DNA of 64,000 nucleotides, from positions 1,568,001-1,632,000 of the forward strand of contig CAUVXB020000002.1 of assembly GCA_963555825.3 (NCBI GenBank), given 5' to 3'. Every line of letters starts with the position of its first letter. The stretch's first letter is position 1. This DNA comes from Alphaproteobacteria bacterium (GTDB lineage: Bacteria > Pseudomonadota > Alphaproteobacteria > JAAXGF01). The position numbers were made by a program, and so were the translations under genes. This document shows, piece by piece, positions 9,540 through 21,310 of this stretch. Under the pieces are notes generated by a model, which was given only the letters and a program-made list of their open reading frames with translations, searched no databases and had not been told where the DNA came from.

Positions 9540-9559
9540 ATCTTTATTTCAGATATATT

Positions 9560-9574
9560 GAGAATTAATTTCTA
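9560..9574. promoter_or_regulatory. Candidate Lrp-family binding site in a divergent promoter
   Basis: AT-rich near-palindrome AGAATTAATTTCT between the Lrp gene and the divergent small gene. Confidence 0.4.
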
Positions 9575-9638
9575 AATATAGTCCATTCAGAGGTAAATTC
9601 GCAATAAGATTCCGCCGCATCCGGTATATCTTGTGGCC

Positions 9639-9899
9639 ATGATGAAACGCCTGTTCACCGACCACCCCGCCGCCGTCGGCGAGAGCTACACCGAGCATCT
9701 GGGCATGGCCGGCCGCTTCGCCGGCCGCATGCTGCTCGGCGCCGCCGCCTGTCTAGTTCACGCGCTGTTGCCGTTCCTGTTCGTCAAGACCGGCAGCGCG
9801 ATCATCACCGAGCTTCACGGCCGCATGGTGACCAACCGCGACCGCCTAGAGACGGCGCCGGCGGCCGACCGCGACCTGGCGCCCCAGGGCTCCGACTGA
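9639..9899 (+). CDS. DUF6356-like small protein
   Basis: FTDHPAAVGESYTEH...VHALLPFLF pattern. Confidence 0.8.
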   Translation: MMKRLFTDHPAAVGESYTEHLGMAGRFAGRMLLGAAACLVHALLPFLFVKTGSAIITELHGRMVTNRDRLETAPAADRDLAPQGSD

Positions 9900-9988
9900 G
9901 CCGGCGGCCAGTGCTTAACCCCTCGGCACACGACATGCTACGGTAGCGCGCCGGGCCCGTATGCCCGGCGTATCGCGTTCACGGTTGC

Positions 9989-11364
9989 GTGGAGGGTTCC
10001 GTGTCGTTGCGTTTGCCGGTGTGGCTTCGGCTGGCCTTGTTGCCGGCGTTTTATTTCGTGCTTGGCGGTGTCGGTTCCGCGCAGGCGGCCGCCGACGGCG
10101 AGCCAATCTTCAAGGTCCTGCAGTTCTACGGTCTCGGCGCCAAGGAAATCGATGCCAAGACCGAGAGTGTCGACGACGGACTGGCCTTGCCGGGACTCGA
10201 CGACATCAGCGACGCCGACATTCTCGCCAGCGAAGCGTTGCGCAAGGCGATCCGAAAATTTCACGACGACAAGGGGATCAACCGCGGCAAGTGGTCGGTC
10301 ATCAAGGCCGAGATCGAGCGGATCAGGGATATGCGGATTCTCGCGCGCACCGGCAACCGCGTGAACCTGAGGGTCGACTATCGATGGCGGCTGACCGAGT
10401 GGAGCTCACAGGGCGGCCACGACAGCGCCGAAGTCCTGGTCGAGGTGATCCCGAGCTTCTCGAACGAGACCTACGACCGCGAGCGCTATGGCGAGGCGCT
10501 GGCGGTCGAGGATTCCTACTTCGCCGACGTCGCCCGCGAGATCGCCGATCTCGGACTGGCGGCGGGCCACGACGACCGCGAATGCTTCCACAACTATCAT
10601 TCGCCCAATCCCTGCATCGAATCGATCCCGTTGTTCGAGCGCTTCGCCGCGCGACACGGGTTCGAGTTGAGCGTCGATGCCGCCTACATGTTCCAGGCCT
10701 TCGTGCGCGGCGAGTACGGCCGCTCCGACCGGCTCTACGCCCGCGCCAAGGGCTACACGCTGCCAACATATGAGGGCGTCGGCACCGAGGTCGCCGCGCT
10801 TGGCCTGCGCGACCACATGAACGGGGGCGGGGAATTCCCGAATTGCGACTACAACTACTACTCGCCCAATCCCTGTGCCGGCGTTATCCGGCTGTGGCAG
10901 GACTTCGCCGAGCGCCATGGCCTCGGCCTGTCGCGCACCAGCGCCGACATGTTCGAGGCCTATGTCGAGGGCGCTTATCGCCGGGGTGACCGCCTGTACC
11001 GCGCCGCCAAAGGCATCGCCGAGAACGATTACATCGGCCCCGGCGTGGCGGTCATGGGCTCGGCCTCGATCCCTCATTCGACCTCGACCGCGAATGCCGG
11101 CACGACCCGACCTCGCCGAATCGCTGCGTCACCTCGATCGTCGAGCTCGAGGAATTCGCCGCCGAACACGGCCTGCCGCTCGACCGCGACACCGCCGAGA
11201 TCTTCCAGGCCTATATCCGCCACCAGATCCGCAAGGGCGATGAAATGTACGCGCGCGCCAAGGGCATCCCGCTCGAGGCTGTCGGCGACCCGGACTACCA
11301 GCCGTTCGAGCCGCCCGAGCTGATCATCGACATCGTGCCGAGGCGCCGATCACCGGCGCCCTAA
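9989..11364 (+). pseudogene. Secreted Cys-paired repeat protein, paralog 1 (1-nt frameshift near 11058)
   Basis: Signal peptide; GTCATGG-GCTCGGC lacks the C present in paralog 2; the corrected frame ends IIDIVPRRRSPAP* at 11364. Confidence 0.75.
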
Positions 11365-11457
11365 GCGAGACAGATAGCGCCTCTCAGTCTTTGCTAATAT
11401 GGCGTTTCGGATGTCGCTATCCGGCGGTCATGACGTGAGAACGATTGGAATCAACCC

Positions 11458-12843
11458 GTGTCGATACGGCGATCTCGAGGGGTGTGGCGTGTGGCTCGAG
11501 TGGTTCGCCTTGGGGCGTTTTGGCTCGCGCTTGCCTGTCCGCCGGCGGTCGCCGGCATGGACGACGAAGCGGTTTACAAGGTCCTGCAGTTTTACGGCCT
11601 CGGCGGTACGGAGATTGATCCGAAGACGCAAGGCGTCGAAGGTGGCGTGTTCCTACCGGGGATCGACGCGATCAGCGACGAAGAAATCCTCGACAGCAAG
11701 GTTCTTCGCACGGCTATCCGCCGCCATTTCAGGAGCAAGGGCATTGCTCATCGCAAACATCTATACTCGATTAGCGTGATCGAGAAAATTACCGGCGCGA
11801 AGGTGCTCGCGCGCTCGGGGAACCGCGCAAATTTGAAAATCGACTATTATTGGATTGCGATCGATCAGCCTAACGTCAGTGGCCATGACCGCGCCGAGGT
11901 GCTGATCGAGATCATCGCCAACTTCTCGAATGAAGTCTACGAGCGCGAGCGTTACGGCCAGCCGCTGGTGATCGAGGATTCATACTTCCCGGACATCGCC
12001 CGCGAAATCGCGGACCTCGGGCTCGCGGTGGGTCGCGACGATCGCGAATGCGTGCACAACTATCATTCGCCCAACCCCTGCGTCGAATCGATCCCGTTGT
12101 TCGAGCGCTTCGCCGCGCAACACGGTCTGCCGTTGGATGTCGACGCGGCGTACATGTTTCAGGCCTTCGTGCGTGGCGAGTACGGCCGCGCCGACCGGCT
12201 CTACGCCCGCGCCAAGGGCTACACGCTGCCAACATACGAGGGCATCGGCACCGAGGTCGCCGCGCTCGTCCTCGAGGTGTATGCGACACACTCGCAAGAG
12301 AGCGCGCACAAGGAGGGCGGCTGCCAGTTCAACTACTATGACGCCAACCCGTGTCGCGGCGTGATCCCGGTATGGCGGGCGTTCGCCGCGCGCCACGGGC
12401 TCGGCCTCTCGCGCCTCAGCGCCGACTTGTTCCAGGCCTACGCCGACGGCGCCTATCGCCGCGGCGATCGCCTGTACCGCATCGCCAAGGGCATCGCCGC
12501 GCCTGACTACACCGGTCCCGGCGTCGCGGTCATGGCGCTCGGCCTCGACCCGTCCTTCGATCTCGACCGCGAATGCCGGCACGACCCGACCTCGCCCAAT
12601 CGCTGCGTCACCTCGATCGTCGAGCTCGAGGAATTCGCCGCCCAACACGGCCTGCCGCTCGACTTCAATACCGCCCGGGTGTTCCAGGCCTATGTGCGCC
12701 ACGACACGGTCAGGGGCGACAGGCTGTATGCGCGCGCCAAGGGCATCCCGCTCGAGGCTGTCGGCGACCCGGACTACCAACCGTTCGAGCCACCGGAGCT
12801 GATCATCGACATCGTACCGGGCGACGCGAGCACGACACCGTGA
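11458..12843 (+). CDS. Secreted Cys-paired repeat protein, paralog 2
   Basis: Signal peptide; three ~80-aa repeats C..SPNPC..FAA.HGL..DRLY..AKG; start uncertain. Confidence 0.8.
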   Translation: MSIRRSRGVWRVARVVRLGAFWLALACPPAVAGMDDEAVYKVLQFYGLGGTEIDPKTQGVEGGVFLPGIDAISDEEILDSKVLRTAIRRHFRSKGIAHRKHLYSISVIEKITGAKVLARSGNRANLKIDYYWIAIDQPNVSGHDRAEVLIEIIANFSNEVYERERYGQPLVIEDSYFPDIAREIADLGLAVGRDDRECVHNYHSPNPCVESIPLFERFAAQHGLPLDVDAAYMFQAFVRGEYGRADRLYARAKGYTLPTYEGIGTEVAALVLEVYATHSQESAHKEGGCQFNYYDANPCRGVIPVWRAFAARHGLGLSRLSADLFQAYADGAYRRGDRLYRIAKGIAAPDYTGPGVAVMALGLDPSFDLDRECRHDPTSPNRCVTSIVELEEFAAQHGLPLDFNTARVFQAYVRHDTVRGDRLYARAKGIPLEAVGDPDYQPFEPPELIIDIVPGDASTTP

Positions 12844-13043
12844 GCGTCGCCGACCACGATCGCCGTCCGGGTGGTTTCGGCGTCCCGGCCAGCCGGTGGC
12901 GCGGCCTGAGCGTGGCCGCCTTTCTGTCGTTCGCGATGCACGCCGCGGCGATCCTGCTGGTTTGGCAATTCGTTCCCTTGCTGAGGGAATTCGAGCCCTA
13001 CGAACCCACGCCGATCCCGGTCGAGATCGTCGTCGCCCAGACC

Positions 13044-13379
<336 letters not shown>

Positions 13380-13689
13380 GTACCAGAGCCCGAATCGGAA
13401 CCTCAGCCGGTCGTCCTGCTCGAGCCGGTGCTGCTCCCCGATCTGGATCCGGTGCTCGATCTGGCGCCCGTGACGGAACCGGCGCTGGTTCCCGAACCGG
13501 AACCCGAGCCCGAACCCGAGCCGCTACCCGAGCCGCCGCCGCCCGAGCCGGAGATCGTCGCGGTGCCGCCACCACCGCCGGGGCCGAAACCGCTGCCGCC
13601 GGCGCCGCCGATCGTCGAGCAACCGGCGCCGCTGCCCGAGCAGCCGCCCGAGCCTCCTGCGCCCGAGCCCGTGGCCGAGGAGCCGCCGC

Positions 13690-15140
13690 GGCGATGTCCC
13701 GCCCAATGTTGAAAAGTGCGAGATAGGCATCGTCTGATCGAGAGGCTACGCGGCCACCTCGATGTCTTCAATGACGGACTTTGCTCCGGCCTTTCTCACC
13801 GCCTCCCGCAGGGCGGCGTCAAGGACGGGGAGCTGGCGGTAGGCCTTGAGGCGGCGGAAGGTCTTTTGCGCCTCCAAGAGGCCGGCGGCGGTCCAACGCA
13901 GCGCCATCTCGGCGTTGCGCCAGCGCTTGACGTTCCGCTGCACCGTCCGGACGGTGCCGATCGCGTTCTCGATGGCGTTGGTGCAAGCCAGCGAGTGTCG
14001 AAGTTGCGGCGGGAGGCCGAGCCGGATCACGGTCAGGATATCGTCCAGGCCCTCCAGGATCGAGCCCGAGACGCCGGGTGCGTCATGCTCCAGACGGCGG
14101 GCGAGGTTGCGCAAGAGCCGTTCGGCCTTGGCCGCGTCGTCCTGCTGCCAGGCCTGCCGCAAGACCTTCCTGACGCCGGCATGGAGGCTCTCGTCCAGCC
14201 GGTCCGTGATGTTGCGCCCCTTGTGCACCTGGCAGCGCTGGAGGGCCGCCGCCCGCCCGAAGGTCCGCCGGATCGCCTTCGAGAGCGCCTTGGCGCCGTC
14301 GACGATGTAGAGCCGAGGCCGTTCGGGATCGAGACCGCGCTCGATCAGGTTGTCGAGCATGGCTTGCACCGTGGCCGCGTTCTCCGTCGCGCCCTCGGCC
14401 AGGCCCAGCACGTGCTTCGCGCCGCCGGTGTCGATGCCGATCGCCGCCACCATCAGGTGATCGCCGACATGGAGCCCGTCGATCTGGAGCACCACGAGAT
14501 CGAGATCGTCGAGCGGGCTCGCCAGCCAGGCCTTCAGCTTGCTTCGCGTCAACGCCACGAAACGGCGCGAGACCGCCGACTTCGAGGTTGCGTCACCCGA
14601 TGCCGCCGGCAGATCGCCGCCCGCATCGTCCGGCAGGCGCACCGCGCGGGCATACTTGCGGGTCGAGACGTTGATCACCATCAGATTCATCGCCCAGGCT
14701 TGCAAGAGTTCGGGTTCCGACAGCAGCTCCCAACTCGGCAGGCTCATCTCCCGACCCGCGAAGTCCCGCACCCGAGGGCGCTCGACCTTCACTTTGCCGC
14801 CGTGGTAGGCGATCTCGCTCCGGGTCGTGCCCCATCGATGGCCCTTGCGCTCGCCCGAGCGGGCGTGGCGCGAACCGCACAAGGCTTCCGCGTCCGCCGA
14901 CATCATCTCGTTCAAAGACTCGAGGCCCGCCAAAAGGCAGAAGCGATCGACGCTCATGCGCAGATCGTCGAAGGCCTCCGGCATCGATGGCAAGAGCCGA
15001 CAGGATGGTTCCGAGGAACGGTCGTTGCGTGTAGTCTTGGTCATGGCGTCGTTCTCCTTGATGGAATCAGCACCCAGAGCCTAGCGGCTCCAGGCGGACG
15101 ACGCCTACTTCAGCTTTTCAACAGAGCCCGGGACATCCCC
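13690..15140 (-). mobile_element. IS256 family element
   Basis: Terminal IRs GGCGATGTCCCGCCCAATGTTGAAAAG / GGGGATGTCCCGGGCTCTGTTGAAAAG; 8-bp TSD GCCGCCGC (13682-13689, 15141-15148). Confidence 0.93.
13746..15044 (-). CDS. IS256 family transposase
   Basis: IDG, VDGAKAL, QRCQVHK and TNAIE motifs. Confidence 0.93.
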   Translation of the reverse strand: MTKTTRNDRSSEPSCRLLPSMPEAFDDLRMSVDRFCLLAGLESLNEMMSADAEALCGSRHARSGERKGHRWGTTRSEIAYHGGKVKVERPRVRDFAGREMSLPSWELLSEPELLQAWAMNLMVINVSTRKYARAVRLPDDAGGDLPAASGDATSKSAVSRRFVALTRSKLKAWLASPLDDLDLVVLQIDGLHVGDHLMVAAIGIDTGGAKHVLGLAEGATENAATVQAMLDNLIERGLDPERPRLYIVDGAKALSKAIRRTFGRAAALQRCQVHKGRNITDRLDESLHAGVRKVLRQAWQQDDAAKAERLLRNLARRLEHDAPGVSGSILEGLDDILTVIRLGLPPQLRHSLACTNAIENAIGTVRTVQRNVKRWRNAEMALRWTAAGLLEAQKTFRRLKAYRQLPVLDAALREAVRKAGAKSVIEDIEVAA

Positions 15141-15709
15141 GCCGCCGCCGCCCGAGCCTGTGACCGAGGAACCGCCACCCGAGGTCGTCGCGGTCGAGCC
15201 CGAGGAGTCCGAAGACGAGATGTCGCCCGCGCTCGCCGCCATCATGGCCGCCGTTCAGGCGCAGATGCTGCCGTGCTGGCAGGACGACCCATCGCGCCGC
15301 GCCACGACGCCGCCGGTGCTGATCGACGTGACGCTCAACCGCAACGGCTCGGTGCGTCGGGCGCAAATCCAGGACCTCGAGAAGCTGCGCGCCGACCCGG
15401 CGATGGGTGGCGTTGCGGAGGCGGCGCGCGGCGCGGTCCTCGCCTGCAGCCCTTTCGACCTGCCGCGCCGCGACTATCGGCTGTGGCAGCAGATGACGTT
15501 GCGCTTTTACCCGCCGTAACGGCGGCGCGCCGGCACGGGATGGCGGCAGTGCCGCGGCGTAACCGCGGCGTGACTTGGGCGCCGCGCCCGCGGGCAGCGC
15601 CATGTCGATCGCGTCGCGCCTCAGCCGACCGTAACGCGTCGGCCGTCGACCGCGACGTCAATAATTTCGTGCCGTCCCTCTGCGTCGGCGGCCGCCATGG
15701 CGGTGGATC

Positions 15710-16129
<420 letters not shown>

Positions 16130-16157
16130 GGTGTTTTCCTTCCCTTATTAATCTTTC

Positions 16158-16293
16158 GGTCATCTTTACTACGTAAAGCTGACCCGCGCTCAATCGCCGC
16201 GCATGCCAATCTTTATCCCACAACGACTGGCCGAACGGTCGGCGGCCCGCGGTCGCGGGCTGGAAGAAGCCGACTGAGATCAATCGGCCGGAT
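16158..16293 (-). repeat. Structured intergenic repeat family B, copy 2
   Basis: Same conserved blocks as copy 1 with an extra internal stem. Confidence 0.85.
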
Positions 16294-16299
16294 TGCACT

Positions 16300-17442
16300 C
16301 TATCCAGCCCTCGCGTCTTCAAGCGCCGCGCCGAGCAGCTTGTGGAACCGGTTGACGCTGGTCTCCCAGGCCGGCGACAGCAGCCCGCCGTCGTCCATCA
16401 CCGGCGAGGCGCGGCCGGCCTGCAGGCGCTCGACGATGCCATGATCCTCGCCATGCACGCGGCGCCACAGCGTGGCCAGCTTGTCGATCTCGTCGGCGCC
16501 GGGCGGGTCGTCGCCGAGGTGATAGATGACGCGCCACTGGCGCGTGCGGTCGGGCGCCTCCGGCACGTTCAGGTGCACGCCGATCTGGTCGGGCGCATAG
16601 TGGCCGAAGACGAAATTGGGGTAGAGCGTGAGGTAGAGCGAGCTCATGTCGAGCGCGTTGGCGAGCGGCGGCCGGTGGTTCTCGGCGCGCTCGGCGTTGA
16701 CATCGATGGCGCAACCGAAACAGGTCCCGCCGTCGATCATGTAATGCTCGCGCAGGGGCTGGCCGGCCGCCGATTGCGCATGCACGACGGGCACGTGGTA
16801 GGGCTCGACGAAGTTCTCGACCAGGAACTTCCAGTTCGCATTGACCGTGCCGAGGTCGAGCTTGACCAGCGGCGTCATCGCCCCTAGGTCGATGCCGCCG
16901 AGCCGGGCGACCAACGGCGCGAGGTGGTCTTCGATCGGCGGCGCCGTGCCGTCCAGGTTGACGAATATCCAGTCATGCCAGACGGCGCAGCGGACCGGCA
17001 CGAGGCCATGGGCGGCGCGATCGAGACCCTCGACATGCGGCACGCGGTAGCCGCCGAAGTGGGGCGTCGCCTTGAGCCGGCCGTCGAGGTCGTAGGTCCA
17101 GGCATGGTAAGGGCAGATCAATGCGGTGAGACCCCGGCACGGCGCGCCGACCACGATGTGGCCGCGGTGGCGGCAGACGTTGTGGAATGCGCGGATGTCG
17201 CCAGCCGCGTTGCGCAGCAGCACGATTGGCTGGCCAGCGGCCGTGACCGGCCGCGCGTCGCCGGTGTCGGCGAGTTCGTGGGCGAAGCCGACGAAGCACC
17301 AGGACGGCGCGAAGACGCGCGCGTACTCGGCGGCAAGCACCGCGCGCTCGGTGTAGGCGCCGCGCGGCAGACCGTGCATCACGCCCCCCGCGTTCTGCTC
17401 GATTCGCGCCGCCGCCGTCATCGTGTCCGCCAATTCCGACAT
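16300..17442 (-). CDS. Rieske non-heme iron oxygenase alpha subunit (choline monooxygenase-like)
   Basis: CRHRG...CPYHAW Rieske motif; ENFVEPYHVPVVH. Confidence 0.9.
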   Translation of the reverse strand: MSELADTMTAAARIEQNAGGVMHGLPRGAYTERAVLAAEYARVFAPSWCFVGFAHELADTGDARPVTAAGQPIVLLRNAAGDIRAFHNVCRHRGHIVVGAPCRGLTALICPYHAWTYDLDGRLKATPHFGGYRVPHVEGLDRAAHGLVPVRCAVWHDWIFVNLDGTAPPIEDHLAPLVARLGGIDLGAMTPLVKLDLGTVNANWKFLVENFVEPYHVPVVHAQSAAGQPLREHYMIDGGTCFGCAIDVNAERAENHRPPLANALDMSSLYLTLYPNFVFGHYAPDQIGVHLNVPEAPDRTRQWRVIYHLGDDPPGADEIDKLATLWRRVHGEDHGIVERLQAGRASPVMDDGGLLSPAWETSVNRFHKLLGAALEDARAG

Positions 17443-17668
17443 CGCCGATCCCCCGCGCAACTGTGCCACCGTGGGGCGTCGCGCGCAAAGCGATTCCGCA
17501 CCGCCGCCCGCGGCCCGAGCAACGGACCCGCGTTACGCGATCAGCCGTACTATAGCGAAAAATCTATTGCAAACGTAGTTTTCTTGCCATATTTTACGAA
17601 TAACACAATAATAATATGGTCGTGATACGTAGTTCGTATTTCTGGCGTGATCTCGGAAATCGCAGGGG

Positions 17669-18217
17669 GTGGCGGTGATCAAGCAGCAGAGGGTCGATCT
17701 GGCCGCGCGGCCGACGGCGGGCGGCGGTGAGGGCGCGCCGCGCTCGGCCGCGCTGGCGTCGCCCTCGGACCACCTCAACCGCGCCATCATCGGCCTCCTG
17801 CAAGAGGACGGCCGGCTGCCCTTCAAGACCATCGCCGAGCGACTCGACGTCTCGGAGGGCACGGTGCGCAACCGGGTCGGCTGGATGAAGCGGGCCGGCA
17901 TGCTGCGCATCGTCGCGGTCGCCGACCCGGCGGCGTTGGACTACCGCGCCGACGCCATGCTGGGCGTCACGGTGGCGCCCGGCGCGACGCCGGCGCGCGT
18001 CGCCGAGCGCCTCGCGGTGCACGGCGAGGTGGTCTACATCCTGTGGGTCGCGGGGCGCTTCGACCTGCTTGTCGAGATCGTCTGCGAATCCGAAGACGAA
18101 TTCCTGAACTTCCTGGCGAACCATTGTTTCGACCAGACCGACATCGGGCGGCTCGAGGTCATGACCGGGCTCGCCATGTACAAGAACCAGTTCCTGCTCA
18201 AGCAGGCGGTTCGCTGA
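17669..18217 (+). CDS. Lrp/AsnC family regulator
   Basis: LQEDGR..IAERLDVSEGTVRNR helix-turn-helix; GRFDLLVE. Confidence 0.9.
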   Translation: MAVIKQQRVDLAARPTAGGGEGAPRSAALASPSDHLNRAIIGLLQEDGRLPFKTIAERLDVSEGTVRNRVGWMKRAGMLRIVAVADPAALDYRADAMLGVTVAPGATPARVAERLAVHGEVVYILWVAGRFDLLVEIVCESEDEFLNFLANHCFDQTDIGRLEVMTGLAMYKNQFLLKQAVR

Positions 18218-18261
18218 GCACGGCACGGCCGGCCACCGGACATCGATAGGAGGGGACCAAG

Positions 18262-19680
18262 ATGAGCACGATCTATCACGAGACCATGGCAGCGGCGATT
18301 CCCGCCGCCGAGCGCGTCGCCGAGGCCAAGGCGATGCTCGTCGAGGCCGGTGTCAAATACGTCATGTCCTGCTGGATCGACCTGCTGGGCATGCCCAAGA
18401 CCAAACCGGTGCCGATCCGCGAGTTCGAGGCGGTCTGCGCCGGCAAGGGGCCGCAGTTCGCCGTCCATTCGATCTCGATGGTGCCCGAATTGGGGCCCGC
18501 CGATTCGGACCAGATCCCGATCCCCGACCTGGACAGTCTGGTGATCTGCCCGTGGGACCGCGCGACCGCCTGGGTGTTCGCCGATCTCTACTGGGAGGGG
18601 GCGCCCTACAACCTGTGCCCGCGGCTCGCGCTCAAGCGCCAGCTCGCCAAGGCGGTGGATTTGGGTTACCGGCCGATGGCCGGCGTCGAGCCCGAGTTCA
18701 TCGCGATGTGCTACGAGGACGGCAACCCGGTCAAGGCGTTCGACGACGATCCGACGATGCCGAACGGCACGACGGCGCGCCGCCAGGCGTGGGGCTACGA
18801 CGTCGAGGCGTCGATCGATTCGATGGACTTCCTCGGCGAGCTGATCGACATTCTCGAGGAACTCGAATGGGACATCCACGACGTCGTCGCCGAGGGTGCC
18901 TATTCGCAGTTCGAGCTCGATTTCGGCTACACCGACATCCTCACCATGGCCGACCGCTTCACCTTCCTGCGCGTGCTGTTGAAGGAGGTCGCCAAGCGCC
19001 ACGGCATGTTCATCACCTACATGCCCAAACCGACGCTGGGCGACTGGCGCTCGGGCGCGCATATCAACTTCAGCATGGAAGACGTGAAGACTGGCGCCAA
19101 TATCTTCGGGGACAACGAGGGCGGTTGGGCGAAAATCGTCGACAATGTGCTCGGCGGGCTGCTGCGCCACGGCGGCGCGCTCGCCGCGATCACCTGCTCG
19201 ACGGTGAATTCGTACAAGGGGCTGGTGTCCAAGGTGCCGGGCTTCGAGGGCGGCGTCTACACCTGGGCGCCGACCCATGTCACCTATGGCTCGAACAACC
19301 GATCCGCCATGCTGCGCCTGCCGCAGAACCGCTACTGCGTCGAGAACCGCGCGGCCGACATGTGCATGAATGCCTATTTCGGCATGGCGATGACGACCGG
19401 CGCCGCGCTCAAGGGCATCGCCGAGAGCCTCGATCCCGGGCCGCCGTTGAACAAGGACCTCTACAGCGTCACGCCCGAAGAGTTCGACGAGCGCGGCATC
19501 CAGCGCCTGCCACGCAACCTGCTCGAGGCGATCGAGATTTTCGACAAGGACGATCTCGCCAAGGATGTGCTCGGCCCGGTCATGCACAACTCCTACAGTC
19601 TCTACAAGCACGACGAATGGCAGCGTTTCGCGGTGGCGATCACCGAGTGGGAGCGCGAGGAGTATCTGCGCTTCTACTAG
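18262..19680 (+). CDS. Glutamine synthetase-family ligase (GlnT/GmaS-like)
   Basis: GVEPEF, QFELDF, MPKP..SGAH, NNRSAMLR and ENR motifs. Confidence 0.88.
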   Translation: MSTIYHETMAAAIPAAERVAEAKAMLVEAGVKYVMSCWIDLLGMPKTKPVPIREFEAVCAGKGPQFAVHSISMVPELGPADSDQIPIPDLDSLVICPWDRATAWVFADLYWEGAPYNLCPRLALKRQLAKAVDLGYRPMAGVEPEFIAMCYEDGNPVKAFDDDPTMPNGTTARRQAWGYDVEASIDSMDFLGELIDILEELEWDIHDVVAEGAYSQFELDFGYTDILTMADRFTFLRVLLKEVAKRHGMFITYMPKPTLGDWRSGAHINFSMEDVKTGANIFGDNEGGWAKIVDNVLGGLLRHGGALAAITCSTVNSYKGLVSKVPGFEGGVYTWAPTHVTYGSNNRSAMLRLPQNRYCVENRAADMCMNAYFGMAMTTGAALKGIAESLDPGPPLNKDLYSVTPEEFDERGIQRLPRNLLEAIEIFDKDDLAKDVLGPVMHNSYSLYKHDEWQRFAVAITEWEREEYLRFY

Positions 19681-19719
19681 GAGGCCATTCGAGTCGGGTC
19701 GATCGAGACGGGGCACGCC

Positions 19720-20730
19720 ATGACCGATTATACCATCTTCGAGGCGGGCGACATCGAGCTGCAATCGGGCGCGCGGCTGTCCGGCGCGAGACTGGTCTAT
19801 GCGACCTACGGCGCGTTGTCGGCGGCGAAGGACAACGCCGTCCTCATGCCGACGTACTACACCGGCGACCACGAGAGCAACGAGGCCTTCTTCGGCGCCG
19901 GCCGGGCGCTCGACCCGGCGCGCCATTTCATCATCTCGATCAACCTGATGGGCAACGGCCTGTCGTCGTCGCCCAGCAACACGCCGGCGCCCGACGACGG
20001 GCCACGGTTCCCCAAGGTCACGCTGTGGGACAACGTGGCGTGCCAGCGCCGCTTGCTGGCCGAGGTCTTCGGCGTCGCGCGCCTCAGGCTGGTCACCGGC
20101 TGGTCGATGGGCGGCTGCCAGTCCTATCAATGGGCCGCCCAGTACCCGGATATGGTCGACGCGATCCTGCCGTTCTGCGCCTCGGCCAAGACTTCGCCGC
20201 ACAACATCGTCTTTTTGGAAGGCGTCAAGGCGGCGCTCTGCGCCGACGGCGACTGGAACGGCGGCGACTACACGGCGCCGCCGCGGGGTGGCCTCAAGGC
20301 CTTCGGCCGGGTCTACGCCGGCTGGGCCTACTCGCAGACCTTCTATCGCGAACGGCTCCACCGGACGCTGGGCTTCGAGACCTTCGAGGACCTGCTGTGT
20401 GACTGGGAGGCCGGCCACCTGACGTGGGACGCCAACGATCTGCTCGCCATGCTGTGGACCTGGCAACACGGCGACATCAGCGCGAACGATCTCTATGGCG
20501 GCGATTTCCCCCGGGCGCTCGGCGCGATCCGAGCCCGCGCCATCGTCATGCCCTGCACCCATGACCTCTATTTCCCGCCCGAGGACAACGCCTACGAGGT
20601 CAGCCGCATGACCAACGCCGAGCTGCGGCCCTTCGATTCGGCATGGGGCCACTTGGTCCCCCGATCGGGCAGCGCCACGGCATTCGACCAGTCCTACGAC
20701 CACGCCGTCGCGGAACTGTTGTCGGCCTGA
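19720..20730 (+). CDS. Alpha/beta hydrolase, homoserine O-acetyltransferase-like
   Basis: YATYG, GNGLSSSPSN, GWSMGG nucleophile elbow, DLYF, WGH. Confidence 0.85.
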   Translation: MTDYTIFEAGDIELQSGARLSGARLVYATYGALSAAKDNAVLMPTYYTGDHESNEAFFGAGRALDPARHFIISINLMGNGLSSSPSNTPAPDDGPRFPKVTLWDNVACQRRLLAEVFGVARLRLVTGWSMGGCQSYQWAAQYPDMVDAILPFCASAKTSPHNIVFLEGVKAALCADGDWNGGDYTAPPRGGLKAFGRVYAGWAYSQTFYRERLHRTLGFETFEDLLCDWEAGHLTWDANDLLAMLWTWQHGDISANDLYGGDFPRALGAIRARAIVMPCTHDLYFPPEDNAYEVSRMTNAELRPFDSAWGHLVPRSGSATAFDQSYDHAVAELLSA

Positions 20731-21310
20731 TGGTCAACGCCCGACCGCGACGCGGCGAAACGGTTTGGATGGTTAACGCCACGTATTCAGACGCTTAACC
20801 CGATTGGGCTAAGGGAAATCCCTAATCTTCATAGGGGGGCGGTGCTAGGTTGTCCGAACATGCCACAGGCGATATAGATCAAAGCCTTCCCGGGCTGGTT
20901 TCCGGGTCTGTGTGTCGGCAACCCGCAATCACGTCGATTGCACTGCAGAAAACGGCTATTCGGGGGAATTCGAACGCAAGAGGTCGTTGGTTTAGGCGAA
21001 GATAACAACTATCACCGTCCGTCATGAGATCGTGGCATCGTCTGCCGCAACCGGCATCGATAAGAGTTAAACAACAAATCGGATTGGCAGCATGGCACGC
21101 GACGCAAACGGACCGGACGAGCCTACGCCAAGCGAGATGACCCCGACGGACATGGATATCGCGGAGAAGACCGTGCAAGCGGTCGGCGAACTCCAGGATG
21201 CCATGGATGCGGCGCTGCTAGCCGGCCTCATCGTTGAGCCGAGCTTTACGCAGGTCGAAAACCGCCTAACACGTTATGGCACGAGGATCAGTTCGTTCAT
21301 ATGTAGTCTA

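Noticed and set aside
18034-20703. 889-aa minus-strand ORF and similar long Arg/Ala/Pro-rich ORFs (e.g. 13716-15740, 59393-61435)
   Set aside because: Shadow frames of well-supported genes in high-GC DNA.
20731-21091. AT-richer 360-bp intergenic region as an ncRNA or tRNA
   Set aside because: No cloverleaf or recognisable motif; only a weak palindrome TTAACCC-GATT-GGGCTAA. Probably a promoter region.
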